Source: Eledone cirrhosa (lineage: Eukaryota). Taken from it: a DNA stretch of 64,000 nt. Positions 1 through 12,759 of this stretch are shown piece after piece. The stretch lies in NCBI GenBank assembly GCA_964016885.1, contig OZ024740.1, forward strand, positions 216,132,001 to 216,196,000. The letters run 5' to 3'. The position numbers and the translations under genes were made by a program. The notes under the pieces were generated by a model. The model saw nothing but the letters and a program-made list of their open reading frames with translations. It did no database searches and had not been told where the DNA came from. The first letter of the stretch is position 1, and each line of letters begins with the position of its first letter.

Positions 1-428
<428 letters not shown>

Positions 429-845
429 AAATTGAACAATGAAAACAAATGGCAAAGATTGGTGCTTAATCAGTTTATACTAACAATGTTGATGGCTCCA
501 CCATAAACAAGTAGATACCAGTATATATATATATGTATACACACACACAACATCATCATAAGTTGCTATATTCCCACACTAATCATTAAAGATCAGGATG
601 GAAGTATTTATATCACACAATATACTTGTCTGACTAGCCATCTCTGTTGGTATATTTAATTAGGGATAAATGATTTAGCTTAATTATTGATATAAACAAA
701 TAAGAGAAATACTGTATAGCTTTGAAATTTCAAAGTTACTGTCAATTTTTTTTTACATTCTAGCCACATGTATTGAGTGCTCATTCAGTTCCAATGTTTT
801 AAGTACTATGCATCTGTACACACACACACACATATATATATATAT

Positions 846-1085
846 TATCATCATTTAACGTCTATCTTCCATGCTAGCATGAGTTAGATGGGTTTGTCCC
901 ATTTAGTGGCAATTTGGGTCGGGTGACTGTGTCTCACTCATACAGGACTGTTTCTGGCTGGTTTTCTATGGCTGCATGCTCTTCCTAGCGCCAACCACAT
1001 TTACAGAGCGTGCTGGGTGCTTTTTGCCATGTCCTTTACATGACCACTTTACAGTGTGGGCGGGGTACTTTTTGTCATGACACCT
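846..1085 (-). mobile_element. RTE-LINE 3'UTR / SINE-tail fragment
   Basis: Reverse complement ends CATGCTAGCATGGAAGATAGACGTTAAATGATGATA, matching the 3' end of RTE copies at 20300-20500 and 30622-30800. A similar fragment lies at 1560-1740. Confidence 0.75.
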
Positions 1086-2089
1086 TATATATATATATAG
1101 ATATATAAGGTGTCCCCCACCCCCCACCCCACTTTCAAGCATGAAACTAATATTAACATTTTGTACAGCCTCTTCGCTTCCACGTTGTTTTTGATTTTTG
1201 TTTACTGTCTCAACTATAATATATATATATACATATATACGGAAAATGATTTTAAAAAAAAAAGGTTTGAAAAGCGCACCTAGTAAAAAGGATCTTTATA
1301 ACATTTATAAAAGAATTGATGTTAGCAAAGCCTGCTTCCTCCGTTTTGAATCTTTAAAACATTTGTTATTAGGTTAAATTGTTTTTTTCGTTAAAACGTC
1401 TGCATGCTGATTTTTTACCACATATATGCTGATGGGCTTGAACGTTCAATTCCACACAGTGACTCATCAGTTTCATTTGTGAATGAGATACTCAATATAC
1501 GCTCTACATATGTATTGAGTTCTCTCTTTTCTAGAGATAGCCAACTCTGGTATCATATATATCATCATCATCACTGTTTAACATCCATTTTTCCATGCTA
1601 GTATTGGTTCAATGAGTTGTCCTGTTGGAAGGCAAGCCAGATCAGAATTCCATATCTTGCTCGTACAGAACTGATTTTGGCTTGGTTTCTGTGGCTAGAT
1701 GCCCTTCCTAATGCCAACCACATTTACAGTGTGGACTGGGTATATATATATATATATACACACACATGTACATAGTGTGTGTGAATGCAGTAAAGAAGTT
1801 CATCTCGCAAGGACGTGGTTTAAGGTGTGATAATACTTAGCAGAACCTTGTCTTTTATTGTAGCCTGAAGTTAACCAATGCGTACTGGATTAGGAGAGAG
1901 GGAGAATTTGATTAATAGAAACTATGTGGAAGCCCATATTATATATATTTATATCTGTAACCATGTCTAAGTTTATGTTGTGTCTCTTTGCATCACATAA
2001 AAATCAATGAAGCACAGACCAGATAAGTACTGGTGTTGATTTGATTAGCATGGCCATAGTTTAATGAGTGAAACCAGTAAATTAATAAA

Positions 2090-2358
2090 TCATCATCATC
2101 ATCGTTTTGGCGTCTGTTTTTCCTTACATGGGTTGGGCAGGTCCTTTTAAGCATCTTTCCACACACAGTGTTCCTTCATTATCACTTCTGCGAATCTCAG
2201 CAATTTGAGATCAGCTCTCGCCACCTCCACCCAGGTCTTTCTTGGTCTACCTCTGCTGCAGCTCCCTTCTACTGGGATTTCCTGGCATTTCTTCACCCAG
2301 TGATCATCCATGCACATCATATGCCCATACCAGTGCAGTCTTCTCTCTTGCACACTGA

Positions 2359-2360
<2 letters not shown>
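2090..2360 (-). mobile_element. RTE-LINE (subfamily A) 3' fragment
   Basis: Translates VQERRLHWYGHMM..WVKKCQEIPVEGSCSRGRPRKTW, as in the 11308-11646 copy; (GAT)n tail. Confidence 0.85.
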
Positions 2361-2389
<29 letters not shown>

Positions 2390-3074
2390 GAGGTGAGTAA
2401 TATTGTAGAACAATAAAACTATGCATATATCAGATAAGTAGCATTCAACAGTTGGTAGAACTGGAGTATATATTAAATAAGAAATTAAAAGATGGTTAAA
2501 AAAGTTCATATATTTTATTATGCGCATTTTGAAAACAACATCATCCTGGGACAAAAATTGTGTTCTCATCAGATAAAATAAGGTAACATGATATGAGGCC
2601 TAAAAACACTTGTCAACAAGAAAGTGTCCAGTCTACATATATATGAAACCAGTAAAAGAATATGTGTATATGTGTATGTATGTATATATATATATGTGAG
2701 TGTATGTATGTATCTATATATGTTAATAGATAAATAAACTATTCTAGGGACAGTTTCAAATATCAGTAACTCAGTTATTAACTATAATTCTCACTATATT
2801 CTCAGTATATTTGAGTCACTTCTCCAATAAGTATCTATAAGTATCATAAAAGCCACAATATTCTGTGGCTTTTATGGTTTCAAGGTAAATATGTCAACAT
2901 ACATATTGTCAACACATGTGCATCTGTACATACACATGTATATACATGTGTATATGTGTATGTATGTGCATGTGTATATATGTATGCCTAGAATTCAACA
3001 CCATAACATATTTGCTTAATTAAAAGATTATGGGGCAAATAAACAGTCTATGACCGAATATTCAAAATTAGAAA

Positions 3075-3335
3075 GAGGAACACTCTACATAGAGCCGCTA
3101 CTTCTCCGATACTATGGGCATGTGGTTAGAATGTCTCAGGAAAGAATAGCTGAACAGATTTTATGGGCAAAACATCCCACAAGAAACCCAGGAGTAAACC
3201 CCAAGCAAGATGGTTAGGTAACATCCATGAACTTGGCTGGTATCGCTTGGGGATCCAGCTGGAACAATTGGGGATGGTTGCTTCTCACAGGTCACGCTGG
3301 AAGGAATGTTTGGGGATTCTGCCCCCACAACCCAT
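3075..3335 (+). mobile_element. RTE-LINE (subfamily D) C-terminal fragment
   Basis: LLRYYGHVVRMSQERIA..ILW motif; homologous to 25785-25980, 50880-51200 and 52275-52600. Confidence 0.7.
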
Positions 3336-3498
3336 TTTCCACTCTAGCATGGGTTAGACCATTGTGAAAAAACTCAGATCAGATGACCATGTCTTGTTTA
3401 CACAATAGTTTTTTGTAATTGCAACATATGTTGTTGCAATTACAACTCACCCCTTCCTAGGTTTAGCAGTACAAATGTTGCCTCCTATACAAGGTTTC

Positions 3499-3882
3499 TT
3501 GTGTGTTTTACTGATAGGGACCCACAGGCCTTGTATGTTTTACTGATGGGGGCTCACAGGCCTTCTGTGTTTTACTGATAGGGGCCCGCAGGCCTTGTGT
3601 ATTTTACTGATGGGGGCCCGCAGGCCTTGTGTGTTTTACTGATAGAGGCCCACAGGCTTTGTGTGTTTTACTGATAGAGGCCCACAGGCTTTGTGTGTTT
3701 TACTGATAGGGGCCCACAGGTTTTGTGTGTTTTACTGATAGGGGCCCACAGGCCCTGTGTGTTTTACTGATAGGGGCCCACAGGCCCTGTGCGTTTTACT
3801 GATAGGGGCCCACAGGCCTTGTGTATTTTACTGATAGGGCCCCGCAGGCCTTGTGTGTTTTACTGATAGGGGTCCACAGGCC
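3499..3882. repeat. Minisatellite, 12 x 32 bp (TTGTGTGTTTTACTGATAGGGGCCCACAGGCC)
   Basis: Head-to-tail units counted at 32-bp period, no spacers. Confidence 0.95.
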
Positions 3883-4546
3883 CATTATTATACGTTTATT
3901 ATGATCCACATGATCCATATGAGAATGTGGGTTCAAATTGTACTTAGCTATTTCTATGTTCAAAGAATGTGTGCATGCATATACATACTTTAGTGTGTAT
4001 GTATGTGTGTGTTTGCATGCATGTGTCAGTGTGTATGTGTTTGTGTCTGTGTGTGTGTGTGTGTGTGTGTACATGGGTAAGTGAGGTGGGGAGGGAGCAG
4101 TATTCTATGAAGTTCTTTTTACAGTGCTTCTTCAAACAGCAGTCAACAAGGGACATACAAATAATTTAGTCAGCCAAACTATATAGAACAATAGAGAAGC
4201 AAGTTGAGCACAATAAATAGCAACAGACACAATACCCACTAAAAACAAAGAAAGCACACAGAGAAAGTGTATGACATGAACCAAATGTACCTTGGTTGAT
4301 GAACACAGTTCAAAACAACTGATCAAACACAACAGACATTCCACAAAACCATAAACTAACATAAATAATAGATTACAAAAATTACCAACAGAAAGAACTC
4401 TAAAAACAATATATGAGAAAGTCTGACTCATCTAATTTACAAATCTCTTTATGTAAACATATTATTTTGAAACTATTTACATTGGTCACACATGTATAAA
4501 ATATTCTTGTTGGCCGACCATGCACCTACAACACATACTATACACC

Positions 4547-5040
4547 ACATTGGCCTCACATGTATAACATGGAGCCACTGTAATACATCATATACAGTAC
4601 AACACATTGGCTTCACATGTATAACATGGTTATGTTGACTGACCATACATGTATAACATGGAGCCACTGTAATATATGATATTATACAGTACAACACATT
4701 GGCCTCACATGTATAACATGGTTATGTTGACTGACCATAGATGTATAACATGGAGCCACTGTAATACATGATATTATACAGTACAATACATTGGCTTCAC
4801 ATGTATAACATGGTTATGTTGACTGACTATACATGTATAACATGGAGCCACTGTAATATATGATATTATACAGTACAACACATTGGCCTCACATGTATAA
4901 CATGGTTATGTTGACTGACCATATATGTATAACATGGAGCCACTGTAATACATGATATTATATAGTACAACACATTGGCTTCACATGTATAACATGGTTA
5001 TGTTGACTGACCATACATATATAACATGGAGCCACTGTAA
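4547..5040. repeat. Tandem repeat, 92-bp unit, ~5 copies
   Basis: ACATTGGC recurs in units starting 4603, 4695, 4787, 4879, 4971; each unit has two CATGTATAACATGG subunits. Confidence 0.9.
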
Positions 5041-5240
5041 CAATTTTAGGGGATGGAGAAAGTTGATTATATTGACAGTTGTACTAAACTGGTAGTTTAT
5101 TTTACTGACCCTGGAAGGATGAAAAATAGTTGACCTTGGTAGGATTTGAACACAGAACAGAAAATCATAATTACAATTTGTTAAATGTGATTGAATGAAT
5201 TCATTTAGCATTCTCAATTTACTGGACAAATAGTTAATCA

Positions 5241-5468
5241 TTAACCCTTTAGGATTTAAACCAGCTATATCTGGCTAGAATTCTCTCACCTCTAGCTGTT
5301 CAAACTGGCCTTAACTGGCTGCTCATACTGATGTTAAGGCATTGTTCTCAAAATAAATAATATCAAAATGTCATAGATTCGATATTATGTGAGATATTTA
5401 TGTGAGGTAAAACCTTTACCAAGAAAATACAACAGTATATATAGAATAATGTAAATGCTAAGGGTTAA
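5241..5468 (+). mobile_element. TTAA-flanked MITE (piggyBac-like), family copy 1
   Basis: TTAA-CCCTTTAGGATTTA ... TAAATGCTAAGGG-TTAA termini; five further copies in the window. Confidence 0.8.
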
Positions 5469-5894
5469 ATGGTGAAGCCCAGCAGTGTCTTGGGTTTTCT
5501 CTACATCATTAAGGACACTTTCTGAAATATCCAGGTACCAGTTATTGGACACTTGATATCAATATTTCTAGCACATTGACCATTAAAGGTATATATAGAC
5601 CTTGTTGTGTCTTCTTTTATACACCTTTTGCACAAGTATTTTGCATGTGCTCACTATGAGGGTGACACGTTCTGTATTCTATAGTAATGACACTTAACAC
5701 TGTCAACATGATTATATATACTGTTAATCACTGACTTAATACTGAAAGTTTAAGTCTTGGTTGATATTAACAGTGCTTCAGTCACCCTTTATGAAACAGA
5801 GAAAATTATTTGAGGTATTTAGTTATGATTAGGTGGCGGATACATGTTCAGACATCACACATATACACACATACCCAACCCCTTATATTGTTCA

Positions 5895-6054
5895 TTAACC
5901 CCTTACATAATATCAAATCTATGACATTTTGATGTTATTTATTTTGAGAACAATACCTAAATGTTGCTCTGAGTGGCTGGTTATGGCCGGTTTATACTAA
6001 AAAAAGTGAGAGAATTCTGACCAGATGTGGCCAGTTTAAATGTTAAAGGGTTAA
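5895..6054 (-). mobile_element. TTAA MITE copy (internally deleted)
   Basis: TTAACCCC...AAATGTTAAAGGGTTAA; reverse-complement homology to 5241-5468. Confidence 0.7.
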
Positions 6055-6277
6055 AAGTACAGCAGACCCGAACACAACAGACCTAATATTGTAGTTATGT
6101 TCAGAAATTGGTGTGAAGGTCAGATTATTGATACTATCATGTCAGGAGATCAAAAGATAGCCTCAAAAGAATTTGAAAATTTAGTGAAATATACAGGATG
6201 TATCAAAAAGAATCAACTGATTTCAAAAGACTATATATTTGATACAAATGACCATACCTGTGGACTTCCATCTCTTC

Positions 6278-7181
6278 TCTAAGATGGTATCAAAATGTTT
6301 CCAGACTAGTTTTGAAGCACACCAACAGATGGTAACAGATGGTTGCACGTGCAGTGAGAGCTAGCAGTGACCTTCATGTGTCCATGTGCCAAGTGACATC
6401 ACAGTGTTCACTTCACAAGTTGTGAAACTTGTGTTTTTGTGATCATGTGTATGCTGTAGTCCACAATTTTATCATGAACAGGAAGTTGGAACAAAGAGCC
6501 AACGTGAAATTTTGTGTTCAATTTGAGAAATTTGCTACAGAGAGATCGAGCATGCTTCGGCAATGGGTCATATGCAATGTTTCAAGTGACACAGGCGCTT
6601 TAAAAGTGGAAGAGCATCCCTGGAAGATGACAAGCGATCTGGAAGATCCGCCACAAGTGTCACCCCAGGAGATATGGAGAAAATCAGCTTGTGCATGAGG
6701 ATCATCAGAGAACAATTAATGATAATGCTGATGCTTTGAGGTATTTAAGGGAAGATGTTTGGCAAAAGAAACGAATCTGTGAAGCAGAAGAATTGGATTC
6801 TTCACAATGACAATGCACCCTGTCACCGAACTCTCCGAACTCATGAGTTTCTCGCCAAAAACAACATTGTATTACTTTCACACTGGCCCTATGTGCGAGA
6901 TTTAGCACCTGCAGACTTTCATCTCTTCTCCAAGCTTAAAATGCAGTTCAAAGGTTGCCATTTTAACACTGTTGCCGAGATCCAGAGTGAATCACAGAAG
7001 GTCCTTAACTCGCTTACAGAAAACAAGTTCCAGGCCAGATTCCAAAAGTGGCAGGAACACTGGGACCGCTGTATTGCTGTGCAAGGTGACTATTTTAAAG
7101 GAGATTATGTTAAAACTTAAGAAAATATATTAGTTTTTTGTTAACATATCTAGCCCAGAAACTTTTTGATACCCCCTCGTA
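6278..7181 (+). mobile_element. Mariner DNA transposon, internally deleted
   Basis: Degenerate TIRs GGTATCAAAATGTTTCCAGACTAG / CTAGCCCAGAAACTTTTTGATACC(CCCTCGTA); transposase fragments inside. Confidence 0.85.
6474..7120 (+). pseudogene. Mariner transposase pseudogene
   Basis: N-terminal EQRANVKFC; C-terminal WILHNDNAPCH and HWPYVRDLAPADFHLF (mariner HDNA..H and YSPDLAP motifs); frameshifted with the middle deleted. Confidence 0.85.
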
Positions 7182-7210
7182 TATGTGTGTGCATGTGTAT
7201 GCATGTGTGT

Positions 7211-7246
<36 letters not shown>

Positions 7247-7556
7247 ACTAATAATCACAGCAGTCAATATTCTTTAATAGACATTGAACTTAAATCATAT
7301 GCTGCACCCTGGAGTATCTGCTGAATTATAACAATTGTGATTCTGTGATTATAACCAAAGTCTGGAGACAGGGAGATGTGTGAGTTGGTTATCTAATTCA
7401 CTCTTTTCCATACTATTTTCCACAAAACAAAAAAAAAACAAAAAAATGGGGTGGGGTTATAAGATATAGTGTCTTTTAATAAAACTTAATAAAACCTTTG
7501 GCAGTATACTTATTTGGCAAGTGACTTGATATGAGACTATGTTGAAACTAAACCAA

Positions 7557-7724
7557 TTACATCATAAAAAAGTCATTTTAGCCATTCAAAAAAACACACA
7601 AAACTGTTAGATTCACTTTACTCTTATCTATTTCACGGTGTCAAAATAAATGATAAATGTAAAGTGATTTTTACAGTTTTTCTGTGTTTTTTTGAATGGC
7701 TAAAATATCTTTTTCATGATGTAA
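7557..7724. repeat. Imperfect palindrome / foldback (~70-bp arms)
   Basis: TTACATCAT..TTTAGCCATTCAAAAAAACAC pairs with GTGTTTTTTTGAATGGCTAAA..ATGATGTAA. Confidence 0.8.
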
Positions 7725-8839
7725 CTGCTAATAAAAATATATATTATGAATTTTTATATGAATAAATTCTCTCTCTAAAACAATTTTAGTTTCATTTAAT
7801 ATCTCATTAAAATTAGGGTGATGGGGACTGTCAATAAAATATAAGTATCGCCTCTGAGTTTTTTCAGAAAATAACTTTGAAAACTGCATGTACCTTGCCC
7901 TTTTTTGTTACTATAACTTATACCATCATCATGAAAGGGTGATGATGATGATGGTACATGAAATGTATTTCTATCTGGTATGGTTATACCTGTTAACCCT
8001 GTTTATGATAAATGTCATTTAGTAGCAGTAATATATTGGAGCTTATTTTAATGAAAGGTATGCACAAATGAGAACATCCATCAAAAGATAAAATAACAAA
8101 GTAAATGAAACGATAATGATCTGTGAACAGGCTAGTATTCTTTTTGTAAGTCATGGTTGTTGGGTATACCGGTAATGAAGATATTAGCTGCTTAAATATG
8201 TTTTCAGTCATGCCAGAGCAACTTTGAAATTTAGGACTATAAACATTTGTGGTATGGAGAAGGGAGACAGATAAGCATGGGTGACTTCTGGTCTTTCAGA
8301 AACAACCTTGCCCAGACTTGTGCCTAGGAGGCGAATTTTCTAGGTGCAAATCCTGTGGTCATTCATGACTGAAGGGGATCTTTACCCTTACCTTTTATAT
8401 ACATTGGGCAGAAAAAAAAATGGAATCACCATGACTGGAATGTCTTTAATCATTACTATGACATGTTTAAATTATGATATAATAGAGTACTAAAAACAGT
8501 AGAGTAATATTTATAAGAGATAAGTTGATAAACGGGTATTATACAAATTTTATAAGAAATATCTAAATTTTCAATTACATTAAAATAATAAAGTATTTAA
8601 TAGTGAAACATAAAAAAAAAAGAAAGTAACATTGCAAAATACTATAAATGAGAGGAAAAGGAGAGAAAGGGTGAGGGTTATTAAACAATGAAAGAAAATG
8701 GGAAGGTGGAGAGGGTGACAGACTACACTTAAGTCAGAATGGTGTTTCAGTTGAGCTCTGTAACACCTGCTGCAACAGCCACCCCACCTTGCAGGGCTAC
8801 TTCCTCAGATGGGCTGCTGTAAGTTTTGTATGATGTCAT

Positions 8840-9240
8840 TTATGACTAATGTTAGGCTGATAGATTATGACATGTCTATATTATGAGTGATATCAAGTTG
8901 ACAGGCTATGACATGTCTATATTAAGATAGAAGTACGGTATGATATTTATGACTGATGTCAAGTTGACAGACTATGACATGACTACATTATGATTGGTGT
9001 CAAGTTGACAGACTGTGACATGTCTACATTATCACTGATGTCAAGTTGACAGACTGTGACATGTCTACATTATGATTGGTGTCAAGTTGACAGACTGTGA
9101 CATATCTACATCATCACTGATGTCAAGTTGACAGACTGTGACATGTCTACATTATGATTGGTGTCACATTGACAGACTGTGACATGTCTACATTATCACT
9201 GATGTCAAGTTGACAGACTGTGACATGTCTACATTATGAT
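8840..9240. repeat. 41-bp minisatellite with alternating 82-bp higher-order unit
   Basis: GTCAAGTTGACAGACTGTGACATGTCTACATTAT core; junctions alternate GATTGGT / CACTGAT from 8954 on. Confidence 0.9.
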
Positions 9241-9689
9241 AAAAGTGTATTTATAATTGATGTATAGTTTTTAATTTAATTTATATTATATCATCAAATC
9301 TTAACCATTTATATTATAGTTCTACATTTTTATGCTGAGATCATTTCTGACATAAAAATTGAGGAATTTCAGTATGATACATGTCTATGGTAGTCATTAT
9401 TGGAGGGAGGAGGAGGAGGAACTGCCTACTGTTTGATTAAGTGGTTACAAAACTACTTATGATTCCCATGAGAGATCAAGGGAGGTAAACAATGATAGCT
9501 TGTCCAGATAGACATTTATAAGTGGGCATTTAATGATTTATGTCGTTCAAAGGTACTTCAGTGTTATTGGTATTGTGGTATTCTTGTGTCTGAGAGATAT
9601 GTGGTTTAATTCCTAATTAAAAAGAGTAATCACTTTTAGACTAGGGTGACCAAGAATTAAAGAAATGGTGGGAGTAGGGAAGGAGACAC

Positions 9690-11667
9690 ATCCGCTAGGA
9701 GAGAAGCTAGACGTCAGGTGTACTTAGCATGCAGGGAAGCTGAGAGTAGGAGGTTTGCCAATGTTCTGCGACGGGAAGATCAGAGATGTGCGGTGTTCCG
9801 CATTGCAAGGCAGTGTGTCAGTGCAAATCAGGATGTTGTTGGAGATAAGTGTGTCCGGAATGATGCCGGTGTACTTAGTGTCACGAATGATCAAAAAAAG
9901 GAGGCCTGGAAATGTCACTATGAGAGACTGATGAATGTGGAGAATGAATGGGACAGAGAGAAATTACCCCCAGTAGACTCAACAGAGGGACCAGTTATTG
10001 AGATTGATGAATATAGGGTACAAGAGGCAATTAAAGAAATGAAGAATGGTAAGGCTGCTGGACCCTCGGGGATAGTTGCTGCAGGCATCAGGTGAAGTAG
10101 GCATTAAACTGGTTGCACGCATCATCAATCAAGTTATATATGGTGATGTCATACCCAAAGACTGGTGCAGCATTATTCTCATAAATTGCTACAAAGGTAA
10201 AGGGGATGCTCTAGAGAGGAGCAATTATAGCAGCATAAAGCTGATGGATCAGGTTATGAAAGTGGCAGAGAGAATATTAGTGCAACTGATTAGAGAAAGG
10301 GTCAAATTAGATGAGATGCAGTTTGGTTTTGTGCCTCGGAAAAGTACAATAGATGCCCTCTTCTTAGTGAGGCAACTACAAGAGAAGTTCTTAGAGAAGA
10401 ATAAGTCACTATACTTAGCTTTTGTTGACCTAGAGAGGGCCTTTGATAGGGTACCCCGATATGTCATCTGATGGTCCCTAAGGAAACTAGGTGTAGAGGA
10501 ATGGCTTGTGAGGGCAGTGCATGCTATGTACAGGGGTGCTGTCAGTAAAGTGAGAGTAGGTATGGAGTTTAGTGGGGAATTCCAGATACATGTAGGTGTA
10601 CATCAGGGTTCGGTCATCAGCCTGCTCTTGTTCATTATAGTCCTCCAAGCCATAACAGAGGAGTTTAAAACTGGATGCCCATGGGAACTTCTCTATGCTG
10701 ATGATCTGGTTCTAATAGCAGAATCAGTAGAGGAGCTAGAGAATAAATTCTGGCTATGGAAACAGCAGTTGGAATCAAGAGGACTGAGAGTGAACGTAGC
10801 TAAGACAAAAGAGTTGATAAGTAGAATCGAGGACAATACTCCGATTCCATCAGGGAAATGGCCATGTTCAATATGTAGGAAAGGAACTGGCATAAATTCC
10901 ATAAAATGTATGCAATATAGATCTTGGGTACACAAGAGATGTAGTGGGGTAGCAGGCAAACTAACAGGTAGGGAAAACTACGTATGCAGTAGATGTACAG
11001 GGAAAGTTGGCAGTAGTAATCGCAGTGATAGACACATTTTTCCAATGCAGGTGGGTTCTATAGAAGTGGTTGATAGCTTCCGGTACCTAGGTGATCCGAA
11101 GCCATAGTGTCGAGAATAAGGACGGGTTGGAAGAAGTTTAGGGAGCTGCTTCCTTTGTTGACAAAGAAGGGTTTCTTCCTGCATTCGAAAGGACGGTTAT
11201 ATGGTACCTGTGTGAGATGGGCGATGCTACATGGTAGTGAGACATGGGCAGCAACTGCAGAGGATGTGCGACGGCTGGAGTGAAATGAAGCAAGTATACT
11301 CCGTTGGATGTGCAATGTCAATGTGCGTGAACAACCAAGCATAGACGAGTTGAGAGAGAAAATGGGTATAAGAGGGATAAGTTGTGGTGTGCAGGAGAGA
11401 AGGCTGAGATGGTATGGATATGTAATGCGCATGGAGGATGACTGCTGGGTAAAGAAGTGCCAAGAAATCCCAGTAGAAGGAAGACGCAGTAGAGGTAGAC
11501 CACGTAAAACATGGACAGAGGTGGTAAGAACAAACCTCAGATCGTTGAAACTCACCGAGGAGATGACGAAGGACCGTGACAAGTGGAAAGATTCTGTGCT
11601 GAATAGGACCCGTCCAACCCTTGCAAGCAGGGAAAAGCGGACGTAAAATGATGATGATGATGATGAT
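9690..11667 (+). mobile_element. RTE-LINE subfamily A, 5'-truncated, frameshifted (RT + PHD-like + C-terminus)
   Basis: ORF pieces 9718-10095, 10076-10471, 10508-11107, 11308-11646 with QFGF, AFVDLERAFD, GVHQGSV, LLYADD, WYGYVMR..RGRPRKTW; (GAT)n tail right after the stop. Confidence 0.95.
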
Positions 11668-11675
11668 AGGGTAAT

Positions 11676-11805
11676 CTCTCCATTTTCTGATGAAGGACTT
11701 CCACTGAAAATGCCAAACCCTCCTCCATTTCCTCCGAAGTGTGATACTAATAAGACTTTGTGTTTTTGCATCCTTGTGTTTGTTTTGTTTTATTCGTTCA
11801 ACTAT
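11676..11805 (+). mobile_element. Penelope-like pLTR remnant with degenerate hammerhead core
   Basis: CTGATGAAGGA..TGAAAATGCC; reverse-complement homologue at 27902-28030. Confidence 0.5.
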
Positions 11806-11810
11806 ATAGA

Positions 11811-11860
11811 CTTGTAACTCTGGAGTTTCGCTTGCTTCTCACAGTGTCATCAGACATGAA
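11811..11860 (-). ncRNA. Degenerate type-I hammerhead ribozyme motif
   Basis: Minus strand UGU-CUGAUGA-cacugugagaagcaagc-GAAA-CUC-ca-GAG-UU-ACA; stems I and III pair, stem II decayed. Confidence 0.4.
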
Positions 11861-12759
11861 CCGGATGTGTTTGTGTGTGTGCATATGTGTGTTTGTGTGC
11901 GTGCATGTGTATATATGAATCCTATGGATATGCTCTAGAAATTAAATAGACTCATTCCTAGCAACAAGGAACTCTATTGAACCCAATCTCTGATTAGATC
12001 TTCATCAGTGAAGAGAATACAGCCTGACAAAATCCAAAAAGTTTCTCTACATCAGAAAATAGAAGTGTTTAGAAATCTTCAAAAAACCCAGCAGCTGGTT
12101 TGAAAGTAGTGAATGTTATTGAATTTATGTAAACCTTTATAATGCTATAGTAATGTGATATGGGAGGCACCGACTAATATCTGCCCAGCATGATGGTTAA
12201 ACAAACAAACATAAGATAGAATATGTATATTTATGCATCATAGAAATATCATAGGGAAACATTCTTTATAGTTTTCTGTATATTTTGAGCTCGTTATTTC
12301 ATAACAATTTTTTTAAAAGAGTTATTTCAGTATCATTTCAATATTAGGTTAGTAAATGTTAGGGGCCAGTCAGTGAAACGTTAATATGCAATATGATTCT
12401 GCGAACAGGAACAGATCTAGCTGAGTTGAAACTAATTAAAGATTTAAACAACAAATAATATATGCACGCACACACACAAACACACATACACACACACACA
12501 CATACATATATCATCATCCTCATCATCATCGTCGTCGTTTAACATCTCTGTTCCATATGGTGGGTTAGACAGGTTGAACCATTTGAGACAACGCAGGTCA
12601 GGTGACTATGTCATGCTCATACAGAACTGTTTTTTTGGTTTGGTTTCTATTGCTGGATGCCCTTCCTAACACTTCAGTACTGACTTGGTCTATGCAGACC
12701 CATCCAACCCTTACTAGCAGGGAAAACGGACGTTAAAATGATGAAGGTGATTTATATAT

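Noticed and set aside
3499-3882. CRISPR-like array (32-bp repeats)
   Set aside because: Units are contiguous with no unique spacers, the context is eukaryotic and there are no cas genes.
6755-7120. SETMAR host gene
   Set aside because: Only a broken mariner transposase between TIRs; no SET domain.
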